A DNA stretch of 37,619 nt. It comes from Phoronis australis (lineage: Eukaryota; Animalia; Phoronida). Location of the stretch: NCBI GenBank assembly GCA_002633005.1, contig NMRA01000302.1:41433-79051 (forward strand). The letters run 5' to 3'. A model generated the notes under the pieces. The model worked only from the letters and a program-made list of their open reading frames with translations, was not told the origin of the DNA and did not search any database. The translations under genes were made by a program, and so were the position numbers. Below, piece after piece: positions 12,678-26,585 of this stretch; the first letter of the stretch is position 1, and each line of letters opens with the position of its first letter.

Positions 12678-13040
12678 TGGGGGGCAGGCGTAGTGACAAA
12701 TACATTGTTAAAAAATCTGGATTTCTGGAAAACTTAATTACCCGAAAACAAAATTTTAGCAGATAGAGGTTTTACTATTGATGAACTCGTGTTTCCAAGA
12801 CGAGTTAAGTTAAACATAGCAGCTTTCACCAAATCCAAGTCACACCTTAGTCAAAAAGATCTGACAAAAACACGGCGCATTTCCACAGTAGGAATCCATT
12901 TGGAGAGAGTAATACGGCGACTTAAAAGTTTTCAAAATTTTGAGTACCATTATTCTTGTGTAAAGCACAGAATCAGTCGGTAACTACTTGATTGTATGTG
13001 CTGGGCTGTTGAACCTACGTGCTGATCTGATCAGACATCA
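12672..13040 (+). pseudogene. PIF/Harbinger-ISL2EU (DDE_Tnp_4) transposase C-terminal fragment
   Basis: GGRRSDKYIVKKSGFL...LADRGFTI...KTRRISTVGIHLERVIRRLKSF matches family motifs GGR.SD, ADRGF and IHVER.I.RLK.F; frameshifted. Confidence 0.85.
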
Positions 13041-13394
13041 AAATTTGGAAGACATGTACTAACTTCCAGAGTTTTTATGTTGTCCATTCCAAGTGGTAAC
13101 ATGTACTGTTTCAAGAAATTTCTGAAAGTAAAATGAACGCAACCGTGCAACAGTTTGCTTAACAAAGCTTTCAATGTGTAGCACATCTACGTTATAATAA
13201 AGCCATTAAAAATTAGCGCGTACGTAAATAATGTTGGTGCTTCTGTTTTGGTCTAAAACAAATGTGATCAAAGTCATTATCAGTTGTGTACAGAACTAGT
13301 TTTTTTTTCTTAAGTCCAGTACAAAACGTGGTTGTTGGTACCATTTTTTAAATGGACTGATATGGGTATCACCAGTACAATAATGTGGTGCAAC

Positions 13395-13465
13395 TGAACT
13401 AAGTGACTCACGAAAACAATCTTAAGAACAGTTCTTAAAATTGTTTTCATGATTCACTCAGTTCA
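13395..13465. repeat. 71-bp near-perfect palindrome (collapsed MITE-like)
   Basis: 35-bp arms TGAACTAAGTGACTCACGAAAACAATCTTAAGAAC and its reverse complement, 4 mismatches, 1-nt spacer. Confidence 0.8.
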
Positions 13466-13908
13466 ACTTATGGAAATCATAAGAAATTCATCACATTGTT
13501 ACAATATCAAGAAATGGTTATTTGGCTCTGGGATGTTTCCGTGAACACTGTGTCATACTGTTAAGAAGGTGTGTGGATAGATTCCAGGGGACAGTTCAGC
13601 CTCAAGAAAGTAAACGAATCATAAAAGTACATGACCAACGCTGGAGCAGATCCATTTGAAATAATTAAAACCCAAGTTAGAATAATAAACAAGCAACAAA
13701 TTCATGTCACATCACATATTTTATAAAACACAGACGTTATATAACCCAGGACTACGACTTTGAATAGCTCACTACCATGCTAAACAGCTGTGCTGTTTTT
13801 GTTTTTGGCATTCCTGCAATGGCTGACTTCGGTATGCGAAATGCGGCTGTTTTGTAAACTACAGCACGAAGTTACACGATCTGTCTATAGACATCAAACC
13901 TTTCCGCA

Positions 13909-13941
13909 TCACACACACATAACACACGCACGCACACGCAA

Positions 13942-13981
<40 letters not shown>

Positions 13982-13988
13982 CTGTGTG
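13909..13988. repeat. Compound (CA)n/(TA)n microsatellite
   Basis: Directly visible. Confidence 0.95.
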
Positions 13989-14957
13989 TTTGTGACTTTG
14001 AATTTCGTTTATCCATTTGCTGGGCTTTAAGTCAGTCATATCTTCGTAGTGTAATGGATCAAATGTTAAATTATAACAACACACTTGAGCGACTTCCAGT
14101 CTTCTATGGAGCACCGTACCGGGCCCATCACGTTCATTTGTCACTGAGGTTAGTGTTGGGAGTAGCTAAAATTTGCATTAGGCAGGAAAACCAACTACCG
14201 TATATTAGGTTACACTTAACCAGTTTACAATTTTTGCAGAATGAAACCGAAATTCAAATCTGGCCTGTTGCTCCCTTAAATTAGCAACCACAACACTCCT
14301 TTCCGCAATAGGATTCTTTTCCATTATCAACAAGAGCATCTGCCAGAGACTCCATGAAACGCGTCAAAGTTTATTGAGGTTGGCCCATGAACATTTACGC
14401 ACTGCCCCTGTGACTTGAGTTGCCAGTGTCGGGTATTTTTTGGGGGGGGAGGCATGATACTCCAAGTTCACTGAAAATTCACTTCTTAGATTCTGGTCGT
14501 GTAAGGAGAGAAGCTTATTTCCGTTAAGTATTCAAATTTACATGTTGTTCAGCGTATATCAAATACTACTCGTATTTTGCTAATATTGGCTTCATGTTCA
14601 TTTACAATTACATGTTTGTCCTTGACCTAGTTTCACCTGAAGCAAACACCTTGACTCACCCTTGTTCTCATTCTGTTACAACTCAAGATGAGCGTGGTAA
14701 TATATTGCATGCATGCACCCATGGACGAAGTGGGCAAAAAGGTTTGAGATTAAACATTGAAATCGAAAGAGACGAAATGCCTCTGAATTAAACATATCCG
14801 TGTTAGCATGTATAATGAAAGTAATTTGTGGAGAAAATATCTTATGCCTGTCTATAGCAGTGTCGGTTAAAGGTCTTAAATTGGTAGACAATAATTGTAC
14901 AGGTTACCACGCTTCCAAAAGAAAGTCTGACCAGATGTCTAAATTCAGATTACTTAC

Positions 14958-15117
14958 ATAAACTGGAACGCATCCGCCATATCGTTAGTGAAGTACCACA
15001 AGTGACCGCCTCGATTTTGGCAGTCTTGTTCGGCGTCTAAAAATGATTTCTGCGGTGATTCAACAATCTTGTAGCAGCTTGAGCCAGCCACAGACCACCC
15101 AGGACATTCTGTGGCAC
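14958..15117 (-). CDS. C-type lectin domain exon (N-terminal part of CTLD)
   Basis: TTTTCTCAATCAG acceptor, AT|GTAAGT donor, phase 1-2; (G)ATECPGWSVAGSSCYKIVESPQKSFLDAEQDCQNRGGHLWYFTND... matches the CTLD start CPxW...SCY...AxxxC...GGHL. No downstream exon confidently found. Confidence 0.82.
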
Positions 15118-16325
15118 CTGATTGAGAAAATAATTGAACACAAATGAAATGAAAAAGTAGTGCAGGACGCATTTATCTGTCATTAATTCTTCTTGTCCAT
15201 ACATTTCTGTAGTCTTAACACCCATTAATCTTAATCTATTCCACATCCTATAGGGGAGGCAAGCATCATTCTAGCCATAGATAGGTGTCTTGTACAAAAC
15301 TGGGGGAGACAAAATTGCCAGTAAATCATTAACTCAGCCATTTTTTGTCAGCAAAAGGTCCACATCGTCAGAAATTTGAGCCCCCCCCCCTTTAAAGGCT
15401 CGTGCGCGCATGATATGTGTCCCCTTATTTGCGTATTCCTTCACACCGTGTAGTACTTTACGGGGCACTTCTCCGCTGTTAAGTTGTCGATGTTGACTCT
15501 ACAAATCTAACCAAATTCACCCGGTTGTGATCGTCTTCGAATAAACCAAAAACTCAAGTAACAGCCATATTCACACGGGCCATTTTCGAGTCCTCAATTT
15601 TAAGGCTTTCCAACCCCAATAAATTCTGAAGCGGTTTCAAAAGTCGTTAGGCGATCATCTGTTGTTGTTGTTGGTATCGGAAATATCCTATTACGGTTAA
15701 ACGTATTGTGACCTCAGTTGTTAGAACTAGTGGCTTAAATCATATTTCTTCATAAGCAGTTAAGTACTGAGAAAACGTAGTATGAATTTATTCATTTTTA
15801 TTGTTGTAATACCTGGCCGTAATGAGACTATAGTAAGTGGTGTCTGTGGTCTTAATATGGTGCACGTATTGACGACATCAGTTTTTTCAGAACACGGTAC
15901 TGCTACATCAGCCTTGTCAATGAAATTTGACAAAAACAATGAAATGCAACTGAGAAACCGATTTACACTATTATGAATGGATATAGTGGTTAAATGTCAC
16001 ACATAAGTATCACTAAACACAATCATACGCATTCCTTAAATCTTTAATGACGAACTCTTCGCTAGGAGCTGGTCTACAGACAACTTTCGGATGAACAATA
16101 TTGGTGCTACGGTTGTTCGCGTGAGTGCACCGGTACGTGCATAATGTCATTATCCAGATTTTTTGGCCTGCTAAGTATTATGCTAGGAGAAAGACAGGCA
16201 TAGATTGCACTTCGCATAGATGAAAGAGGAATCATTATATTGCCATAGCACATTAAGGATACTCCAAAATCAACTTTGTCAAGTGATGAATTAAAGGTCT
16301 GGTACACCCATTTGTACTCTTCGCT

Positions 16326-16560
16326 TTTGTTTTTTTTTAATGTTTACTACGAAATCTTCAGAATACAATGAATATACATAACCCAGAAAGCGCCAAGAGG
16401 CATTAGATCTGGGTAAAAAAAAATACAAAGAAGTCTATATACAAGGATTATATGCGAATACATCAATAAAAAACTGATGTTAAGAATACAATGATATATT
16501 GTTAGTGCGCGTAATAATAAAAAGCTTGCATTTACAAACAAAACGAATATCCATAATCCG
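16326..16560 (-). mobile_element. LINE 3' UTR remnant with poly(A) tail
   Basis: CCCAGA...TCTGGG stem-loop like those at about 29046 and 17463, followed on the minus strand by an A-rich tail; 5' boundary uncertain. Confidence 0.5.
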
Positions 16561-17391
16561 TTGGTGCTTACCAGTAAACCCATTGGCCACCACTGACGCT
16601 GCAAGGAGTGCTCTCACTAACTGTGACAAGATCATTTAGAACAGATTTTGTCACTCGCAAATTTCACCTACAACCGTCCTCGTGAGATCCAAAAGCGTTT
16701 GTGCAACATTCGAAGCTCCTCTGGCAGTTTTGTAGCCTCACATTTGCCCTTCCAGTTGAACGTTATGTGCGCATGTGCGAACTTTGATCAGGCTGCCAAT
16801 CATTGTCACAAGACATGCGCAGATAACTTCTTAGGGACTTTGATGTCGCGATGTTACGAATGAGTAGTGCAGGTGCAAGATATGATCATCTCACAGTGTT
16901 ACTCTTGCTGGTCGCCTGCGTGGAAACCAATATATCAGGCCAATTTGTTTTTGATCTGCACCTCTACTCGTTTTGAAATTCTTTCCTCATTAATCAAAGA
17001 TATTTTTCACATCACGAATGTCCTGGTTTTTTCTTCAAACCACTCATTTTTTCAGTAGTTAAAGTATTGATTTACTGTTAACTCTCGAAACACTCAACTT
17101 GATGTACAAGAACGAGTGGAACTTGCTTAATTTTTATTGATATGCCCTCAGATATATCAAGATATGCCTTATTCTGATTCATCGAGTAAGGGCGACACCT
17201 TTTGCCCACTCATTATGTTATCCTGAATGCTCTCAGCTGTGCTTGTTCTTCTATGCAAGGAATTATAATTAAACCTTCAAATATTCAGCAGTTTAGTTAG
17301 ATTTGAATGCAACTTTTAGCGCCGTGTCGCCTTATTGCGAGAACACCAAGTGGATGTGATGTTCTATTTAGCATGTGAGGGGTTTTAGATG

Positions 17392-17596
17392 TTTTTTTAA
17401 TTTTTTAAGGTGATATATATTTATTGAAGAATACACAAAACATACAACGAAATAATGACAAACCCAGAAATTGCGAAGTCTTATGTCTGGGTTGTAGACA
17501 GTGCACAGATGAAAGTAGTATATACAGCACTATGTACATGTAAATAGTATCTAGTATAGGTATTCAAATATTTAGATATGCTTTTACGAACATATG
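17392..17596 (-). mobile_element. 5'-truncated CR1-like LINE 3' UTR (same family as 28635-29138)
   Basis: Reverse complement aligns by eye with 28941-29138, including TGTGTATTCTTCAATAAATATATATCAC and the A tail. Confidence 0.85.
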
Positions 17597-20285
17597 TTAT
17601 ATTATTGTGAGATGTTTATTTTTAGAGACAACTCCATGCGTATTTTACAGGAAACAATGGCATCAGCAGCGCAGAACATTAAATTATTCTTGTCTCGTAA
17701 GTACCACTTCGCGGTCGATTTCTAATTCTACACTGATTAAATGTATATTGGATTTTTCAATTATGACAACCTCAGAGAAAAGCCACCCCGGGGCTCCGGT
17801 CGTTATTGCCTTATTATCATGAGGATACAATTTATTTTGTGCAATGGATTTTACAGCAAGCCTCACCATCAAATAATTGTTTATAGACAAGTACTTTTTT
17901 CTAGCATCGCGGCTCCTATCACTGTATAACATTCAACTTTATTCCATTTCAGATGCATGTAGCAAGACAGTTTATGGCAAGTGCAGCCGAAAACACGAAA
18001 CGTGCCCAAATGTCCGTTTAAAATGAAAAGCTGTACCCTTGGTAATTTTTAATTAAAATTTCAATCAAAATAAAATTAATTCTGAAATCTCAACTGATAC
18101 GCCCCGGGACAATGTCTGTAATGTAGCTTACCACAGGCATCATGTTATTAAGATAATGATTTTAGTCTCAGGCAGATTGTGTGCTGATTCTAAAGGCCAT
18201 CCGCTAGAAACACCTGGACAAGGCCGGACACTTTCCCTGGAGTCTTCCCAGCATAATAATTGTGCGCGGCTATTTCACTGCGCATGTTAACCTCAACCTG
18301 TGTATTGCATGTAGCATTTCTATTGAACCCTATACTGAAGGTAAGGCCAGGATAATCGTTTGATCGACTACCGCTTCTCGAACATTATTTGAAGAAACGG
18401 ATGCAAAGTTTGTCTATTTTTTGTCAATAAGAAAATCTAAATCGTAACTCCTCCAATGACTGCTTGGTAATTATTCAGTTTGACATTTCACAGTGACATA
18501 ACTTGCATTTGTCAGACCGTCAACAGGTCGTCAGCCAGCACTGAGCGGGGGTGGTTTGAATTTCTTAAACAGTAAAGTAAGAGAATTGATGAATTATTAA
18601 CCACAATACATTCACCAAATCCATGTCAAAATCGCATCATTGCACAGCTCGACTGGGCATTTGAACTTACGAGTTCTCAAAAATGGCTTTGTGGTTTCGC
18701 TCAAACCGTAAGGATTTTTGATATAAAAGCCTTGTTTTTGCGTAACGTAACAAATGCTAATAGGACTGCTATTTTTGTACAAAAACACCTTGCGTTCTGC
18801 GAGTTGACTTGTCACAGAAATCACACTAAGAGACTAATCGAACATTCCTAATAAATTTTGAGGTAACTGGTGAATTGTTTATTTAATAAAGGTTTCATTA
18901 AAGTCCAAGAAGTACACGTTGTTAACCCTTATTACATGGTTAGAGGATGTTACAAGGATCCAAGAAGTACCTAGCCCATAATAAATACACAATCCGTAAT
19001 CAAATAAAGTTTAAATAAACGCGCCAAACACGATTCGGACCCGAAGAACACACCACCATCTTAAACTTACCGCAAACCCAGAAGTAAAATTCATTCAGGA
19101 ACCCAGGCTTAGTATACGCCGTCTGTGCGACTGGAGCAGTGTCTGCTACCAGCCTGCAAACATGGATAAAATCATCGACAGCGCGCCTTAACTTTAATAA
19201 AATCAAAATACGGACAATTGTATCGAAATGAGGCGAATACATTTTGGCAGAAATTATTTTGCCGGACTTGGGCCCGCAGCCGATTGGACCCGGACCAAGA
19301 CCAGACACTAGCGAACGGCAAAGGCATGCGGTTGCAAGCTGTTTTGTCGAAGTAAAAGGTTCAAATCATAAATGCCGTATACCAACAAAGGTAGTTTCAG
19401 ACACTTGCATAAAATTACGAGAATAGTAAGCAAAGATGTATCTCACTAAATTTCAGCGTAAATTGTTGACGAAAACAATTTACACAAAGTTTTATACTCG
19501 TAACTTATCCCGCTGTGGTGCAAGATGGCCGACACGATCCAAACAAAGTGACCTAAATCTCGCCACAAAAATTGCAACAACTTTTTGCCCCGATTTTGAT
19601 ATTTTTTCGGTTTTTCACTGAGTAGAATGCATTATCTATCCGATGATAGCAAAGTACATTTTCAAAACGAAAAAAAAACATAGCAAATAAAAATTTGGTT
19701 CGACTCATAATTGGTTCCTTGGTTCGACCGCCCTACATAACAGGAACTGAACATCAATGCTATTTTTTAAAATATATTACAATACAATAAACAAAAGTAC
19801 GCCTAACATTTCAAAAAAATTAACGACCACTGACTATGAACTATAAATATACACAAACGAATCACGAGATATTACTAATAAAACAAAATAATGAAGACTT
19901 TTCGAGCAAGCGATAGCACATTCAGTTACAAGTAAAAATGGCGGCGTTCAGGATAAGTTCCTGAACTGACGAGACGGAAATGTGGGTACGGAAATAACCG
20001 ATGACAGCCGATAATTATATGCTCACAGGGAAGGGTAAATAAGCGCTTGTAGCACGAAAGGCGAAAAGGATATAACGTAAGGTATATTTATTTATTAAGT
20101 ATTTTCGGATACTGGAGCCATATTGGCACTTTAAGATAAAGACTTGATAATCGACCGAGTCGTTATTTTGCTATAATGTACCTTTCTTAAAAAAGAAATT
20201 TTGACTTCAATGTAATAATAATAATAATGACACAAAAACAAAACATATATTGTATAATCCCTAATCCCTAATCTTTTTCTGTCAG

Positions 20286-20318
20286 ATTTATATATACACA
20301 CACACACACACACGCACA
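20286..20318. repeat. (TA)n(CA)n microsatellite
   Basis: Directly visible. Confidence 0.9.
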
Positions 20319-20320
20319 CT

Positions 20321-21005
20321 TTTACTTTATTTATTTATTTATTATTGTGATATTTAAAATGAGGGTGGCCTCTTCAGTGATAGCACTGCTTTCCAAGAGG
20401 GCCCTCAACAAGAAAAACAGTAATATAATACAATGAAGTAATAAAACAACAATGAAATATACATAACAAAGATACAATTAAAACAGTTAAGGTTGAGAAT
20501 TAAGACAATAACTAAATGACAAATAATGGTAAAAAATTAACTAAGACAGATGAAATGAATTAAGAGATGACTCTAGACAATGAGAGTATTTACGACAATG
20601 AAAAAATGACATGATTAAGATAGGCAGGGCATAAAAGGTTAAGTAAATTACAGCCACTTTTTAACATTAACTTTAAAGGTAGTATTTGAGTTGGACCGTT
20701 TAATTTCTGGGCTAAAAGAATTCCATATTATAGCAGCTGCATAGATAAAAGATCTCTTGCCAGTCTCGGTTTTAATTTTTTTAGAAGAAACATTGCCAGC
20801 AACAGAAGAACGTGTAGAATAAACAGCCTGACTGCTATTGAATTTACTGCTGAGGTATGCTGGAGCCAAGCCATTGATACATCTGTATATACAACAGGCA
20901 GAGAGATATTTATTTCTTTGTCTTACTTTCATAAATCCCAGCTTGGAGTACAAGTCGTCAACCCTAGTGTCCCTAATTTTAGTACCCAGTTGACAAAACC
21001 TGTTT
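20321..21005 (-). mobile_element. 5'-truncated L2/CR1-group LINE 3' end
   Basis: ORF2 C-terminus LYSKLGF..VRQR...IYRCINGLAPAYLSSKF...YSTRS...GKRSF.Y.AA.IWNS...FK..VKKWL*; 3' UTR ends in a GAGGG...CCCTC stem-loop and a (TAAA)n tail. Confidence 0.9.
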
Positions 21006-24000
21006 TTTATATACATATGCAACTACTAATCTTTGTAATTTTGGCATCAATACTTTTATTAGTGTCGAATTGGTTAGCGTGTGATGCAGGAAATAAACAA
21101 GTTGTTAAAACTAAACTGGCATGTGTCAAACACCCGACCTAGTTAAGCAAATCACGTGTGGGCTTGCCGGGCAGCTTACCGTTGAGGCAGTGGAAGAGTT
21201 TCGTATGAAATCTTAAACCACGCTGGACAGGTGCTACAACTAGTGGGTTCCGATCTCTTCTTACTCAATAGAAGTGACACCCAGTAAATTAGCAACGCAG
21301 GATGACCCCGCTCCCCAACTAGGGCTTACAGTGGTCCTCTTTGCACAACAATTCTCTTTCATTTTTATTCCCATGGTGACGGGACGTTCGTAAATTTACG
21401 CTTATTGTCATTCTTATTTAGTTGCAAATGTTCAGTTATTCTTATGCTAATGTCTTTGTTGCGTCTCAGTGCGCCTTTGTTACGTGGGCATGTGGGCGCG
21501 ACTGTATGTGTCGGGCACTTCGCTAGCGACAGGCTTAGGAGAAGGGTGTTTCCTGTCTTTGTCTTCGTGAAAATTGATCGTTATCATGTGCAATTGAACT
21601 GAAACGTATGCCTGATGAGATGAAATACACATTTTTGATGTTCATTGGAGACTTGCTCTGTTACACCATGATAATTCCTACTATGTGACGACAGCGGATT
21701 TAGAATCTCCCTGCTCATATGCTGCATGGCGCGTCAGTTTATTTAGCGAACCTGGTCTCGATCCGAAAGAGGTCGTGCCAGTTCTTTGCGAGGACCAAAC
21801 GTTACTTTTCATCAGAGACAAGTTGAGGCGGATTTTATATCTGAGTTAGTCAGTGGTCTAAGTTTAAAGTTAGTGTGACGTCATAAATTCACTTTGAAAT
21901 GGTTATAGTAGCATAATCTCCAAAATATCTTGGTCTACTTGCGTCCAACGTAAGTCTATTTATATTGTTATATTGGCGCGAAGTGTCGATCATTTCTTAG
22001 GCCATCTCCAGATGTTAGACGGTTCTTAAAAGAACGATCACGGATGCCTGGTAACTTCATGGTGGGTGCTTTTTCCTAGTGGGAGGTGGGATTTGAAGCA
22101 CGGTCGTCTGCACCTCACTTCTAGTCGTTGAGTTATTCATCGTGCTTGCTTGGCTGATGGAATACTTGTGAGTTGCCCTGTAGCTTCATGTGCAAACCTA
22201 ATTTCTTTTTAAACTGTCGGGTACCCGGATCTTATCCGGTAGATGTCGCGTTATATACTTTCTAGATGTATGCCCGGCTACTCCAGATAAGCCATCGACT
22301 TCTTTGTAGGGTGTGTTTTGTTCAGTAATCCAGGGATGACTAAATCGAAGTCACCTTATGTTAAGGTCACATAAAGATGCTATGTCTCATTAAACTGTGA
22401 ATATGCAAATGGAGTACTAGATTACAAACAACCCCTGGTCTTTCAGTGTGCCAGAAACCATTCGAAAACCAGTTACCATTACAGTCTCGCGAATGTCTCG
22501 TTTTGCGAGACTATTTTTGTAAATGAGTATGGTAATATGTCATTGTTACCCTAATAAAACAACGCACAGTTTTGCGATCACGATTTTGTTGGTTTATCAG
22601 TGTGAGGCATTTTTGCGTGTGGAGGGCTGACAACCGTCTCAGTATCGCCTGTTGAGACGGTGGTAGCCTGCTGTCAACTTCTTCCCCGTTTCTATGGAGA
22701 GGTGACAGAAGGTCGGATTGGAATGAGGGTTATGCGCTAGCTACGCTGAGCATGTTGTCAGATACTGCCTTTGAAAGCTACTTCTCTTACTTTCTAACAC
22801 ATTAGCTGGGACTCCTTTAACTGCTTTTCTCATTAACAAGAAAAATTCGTCATTTCGAAGGATTTCGCAATCACAACGAAACAGCAACAATTAGTAAATG
22901 ACTTAATCCATTGTAGAGGACGAACTTCGTTTCGAATGACCATGGTCTGATTCGACATGTCGGGTTGTGACGTACTTTAAGCTGAGTCGAACTTTAATAA
23001 ATGTCAAAACTCAGTCTCATAATAAACCATAGACAACAGATTTGCAATTCCGGTATCTTCTTATGGAATTCCCAGCGGAGGTGCCAGTTTCATTTTGGTG
23101 AGCAGACGATTTAATTGTCAGAAGTAAAACCTCACTCCAGTCGCCTCTATGTTGAGTACTGAGTGAAGTTGCTGCCAGTGGCGAAAATCGCAGTTTTTGT
23201 GTACAGAGTTGTCTGGCCACATACGTACAATAGCCGATGATATGTATTTTTAACGAATCGGAGGCATTACCTCACCGCGTAAGTAAAGTATAGTATGATA
23301 CAATTCCACGTGTCAGCGTGACTTCAATTGTTTACATTCGCTAGAACAACAAATGGTAAATATTTGAAGCGGATTATTACTATGTGCGTGCAAGCGCAGA
23401 GTACTGTTGTTCCTGGGTTTTCTTCAATTTTATTACTCTGCGCGTTGAAGCGCAGAGTTATACTGTTCTACGTATTTTATCTTCTTAGTCTTATTATTCT
23501 TATTCTTCTTCATCCTTCCTTTTAATATTGTTATTACTCTTACATTAATTCATTTAGAGCAATAATATTCACTGTGATTGATAGGATAGTTAAGGGACTT
23601 ATATTGATTATATTTTTTGACCCAAAATGCACTAGGATGACCTGAAACAGGCCAGGGAGTGCATTTTGTCAAAATGCTTCTACTGTTTTTAGGTAGACTC
23701 TTCGAATTTTGTTAACAAGTAGGCACTAAAGGTCTGCATCGCTCTCTTTCACACGAAGGATGCAACTTTTATGCAATGTAATGCGTCTTTACTTCACTAT
23801 GCATGTGCATACACTACGCGCAGAGTTGTAAGTGCGCATACGCATTTGCGTTCTAGTATTCTTATTTTTTCTTATTCTTCTTATTCTTCCTTCCTTTTCA
23901 GATTGTTATTACTCACACATCCACTAGATAACAACAATCATATTCAGAATCCTTGATAAGATGATCAAGAGGTTTTTATTAACTGCAATTTTTTTGAACC

Positions 24001-24812
24001 AAAATGCACCCGAATGACCCGAAACGGGTCAAGGAGTGCATTTCGTAAAATTGCTTCTTCGTCTAAGGGTTTTTAGATAGACTCTTCGAATTTTGTTAAC
24101 AAGTAGGCACTAGAGATCTGCATCTGAAATTTACTTGGAATTACAATAGGATCAAGGGAACCGAGTTTCCGGGTCACAGGTCATAAAGTGCAAATGTGAT
24201 TTTTGAGCTAGAACTCTCATAATCATGCATATAATTACCATTCATAAATGAAAATTAATCACAAAGTTTGGGGTCACTAGGAGCAACTTTGGGGTCATTA
24301 AGTGCAGTTTTCTGTTAGATTAAAGACTTTTTCAATCAGGTTGTAGTTAAATGATGCAATAAGTAGAGCTTTCATATTCATGGTTGTTCAACCAATTGCC
24401 GACCAAATTCTATTGATCACATAGATTTGACTCAAAATGCACCCGGTCGACCCGAAATGGGTCAATGATTGCAGTCCATCAAAGTGTCTTCTTGGACAGA
24501 TTTTTAACTAGACTCTCCGAATTTTGAAAACAAGCAGGCACTGGAGAAGTGCATCCGAAATTTGCGTGGAATTTAAGTTAGATAAAGGGAACCGAGTTTC
24601 CAGGTCAAAGGTCATTAAGTGCAACAGTGATTGTTTTACATAATCACGTACAGTGTATATACATGTAGTTTTGGAGTGAAACCTGAAGACAGAACACATC
24701 ACTTCCTCTTACAGGAACCGCATATCAATATGTTGCACCGCACACGCAACAAGTGAAAAGTGCGAACAGTTATAGTAGTAGTAAGTATTCGACATTTATG
24801 AAGGCAGTTGCT

Positions 24813-25074
24813 CTGGGGTGTGTTTCATGAAAGTGACGTCAGGCTCAAGACAGAAATTTGGTCTTCCGCTTCCACTTCACAGTTGTGGAATGAAGGTTTA
24901 GCCAAATGTTTATGAACGCATCACACTCCAGAAACAGTTTATAAAAATTATATCAGTTTAACAAGCAGTGAAGCGCACGTTTTCAGAGACTGCATTTTTG
25001 CTCAAGTGAGAGTTAGCTTTTTTTTTCAGAAATATTTATGTGGAGCGTCAGTAACTTTTCATGAAACAGGCTAG
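24813..25074. mobile_element. MITE (Harbinger-like) with a diverged second copy at about 32460-32670
   Basis: Inverted repeats TGTTTCATGAAAGTGAC (24821) and GTAACTTTTCATGAAACA (25051-25068); internal sequence from GTGACGTCAG resembles 32491-32670. Confidence 0.6.
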
Positions 25075-26457
25075 TTTTCCAGCGAAACTGCTGTACGCCA
25101 ATGTTGGTTAGTCCGAGATGATAGACCAAAATCTAATGTCTGGTAAGTTTTTGAAAATTACGGCGTACACTGCTTTACAATTGTTGACTTTTGCCGAGGT
25201 CAACACGTTGGTTTGTAATTTCCAAATCTGTAATGATATTCGAGGCTCAGTCAATAACATCCCAAAGACAGGGGTCCTTGTTTTTACTCATGGCAGACGA
25301 TACAGTATAGGCCCTTCAATGTGCATAATTGAAAATGCTTGTTGTACGCAATCGACATATTCAAAATTACAAGAAGTACCACGCGAAGCTACAAATCAAC
25401 TGGAGTTTCTTTTAAGGTTATTTAGGATCCTCGAAAAATGTCGAAACTTGGCAAACTCTGGAACATCTAGTCTCAGAAATGGCTTTTCGGGTTCCTTTGA
25501 ACCTTTCAGATCCCATGCACTCTGTACTGTCCTCCAGAACGCTGTCAGCAATTGTTTTTTGCAACTTCCAGTTTTGTATTAGAGGCTATAAAAATGGGAC
25601 ACGCCTGATTTTTACGAACAAAACTGAAAAGTAGCATAGAATGAAAACGAAATAATAACTTAGCAAACTGTAACAATTAATGGCAAATTGGTATAAAGTC
25701 AAAAATCAAATTCTTAAGGCTTTCTTCTGTTAGAGAATATTATCATTTTTCTCAGTTAAAATCTATGGTTTGTAGATATTTGACAAAATACACAGACACG
25801 TCAATGAAGTCATGCATAACCCAATTTATTCATTTATTTTTTGTATTGTACTTACAGCAGTACTTCATTTGTGTTCACCCAATTGTTCATTTTTCCATGT
25901 AATTTTGGACTTCATTAAATGTAGCCCATGCCAAAGGACGTCGTGTGGAGCTCGCAAGGCATTGTTTAACTCGAGACATCTATGCGACGGGCGTAAGCGC
26001 GTCGCATGCCTATCAAGTTGAGGACGCTACCATTGCTTACCTTTTTGCGTCTTTGTTGAATGTTTCACTAAAGATGGCGTGGATATCGTACCTTGGGCGC
26101 ACATCAGGCTGTTACCGATATATGCTTGTCATTGTCTTTATTATAATAAAGATAAACAAAGTGAACAATGGAAACACCAATCTACGATCTCTATGCCACC
26201 AGCTTCCGATCTAGTTTCTCGTAACGATATGATGATTATCATCATCATCATCATTATTTGATGGCGTTCTCATAAAAAATGACCCACCCCCTCACTGAAG
26301 TGGTCATTTTGCCGCCAGATACTACAATAAATGCTTCGCTTTTGTGGAATTCTACACCTTGCGACACATGAAAAAATCAGTTTGATGAACTTCGTAAACA
26401 ATCAAGATTGATGTTTGTTACCCTCACGCAATTGACTACTCGTGTCTAAAATTTCAG

Positions 26458-26585
26458 GTGACATGATTGGCCTTGGATTTGGCGTGTGTATTGGCGGGTT
26501 AGTTTTGGGCATGGTAGCTATGCTTGCGATTTGTCGTCTGCGCTCTGGAAACATTTCAAATGGACAATATAAACTACCAACATGA
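26458..26585 (+). other. Orphan transmembrane-helix exon inside the Helentron array
   Basis: AAATTTCAG acceptor, phase 1; (G)DMIGLGFGVCIGGLVLGMVAMLAICRLRSGNISNGQYKLPT*: about 23 hydrophobic residues followed by a basic stop-transfer (CRLR). A GTAAGT donor lies at 26708. Confidence 0.6.

Noticed and set aside
15812-18260. Candidate upstream exons of the CTLD gene (about 15812-15912 and a donor near 18136)
   Set aside because: Weak acceptor, no signal peptide and no homology; unsupported without transcripts.
21600-21630. Hammerhead-like CTGATGA...GAAA (also near 19967 and 34608)
   Set aside because: No stem II or flanking helices can be formed.
21990-22150. Possible degenerate minus-strand SINE
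   Set aside because: Only an imperfect B box; no A box or second copy in the window.
25118-25582. 154-aa plus-strand ORF
   Set aside because: No domain or splice context; consistent with chance.
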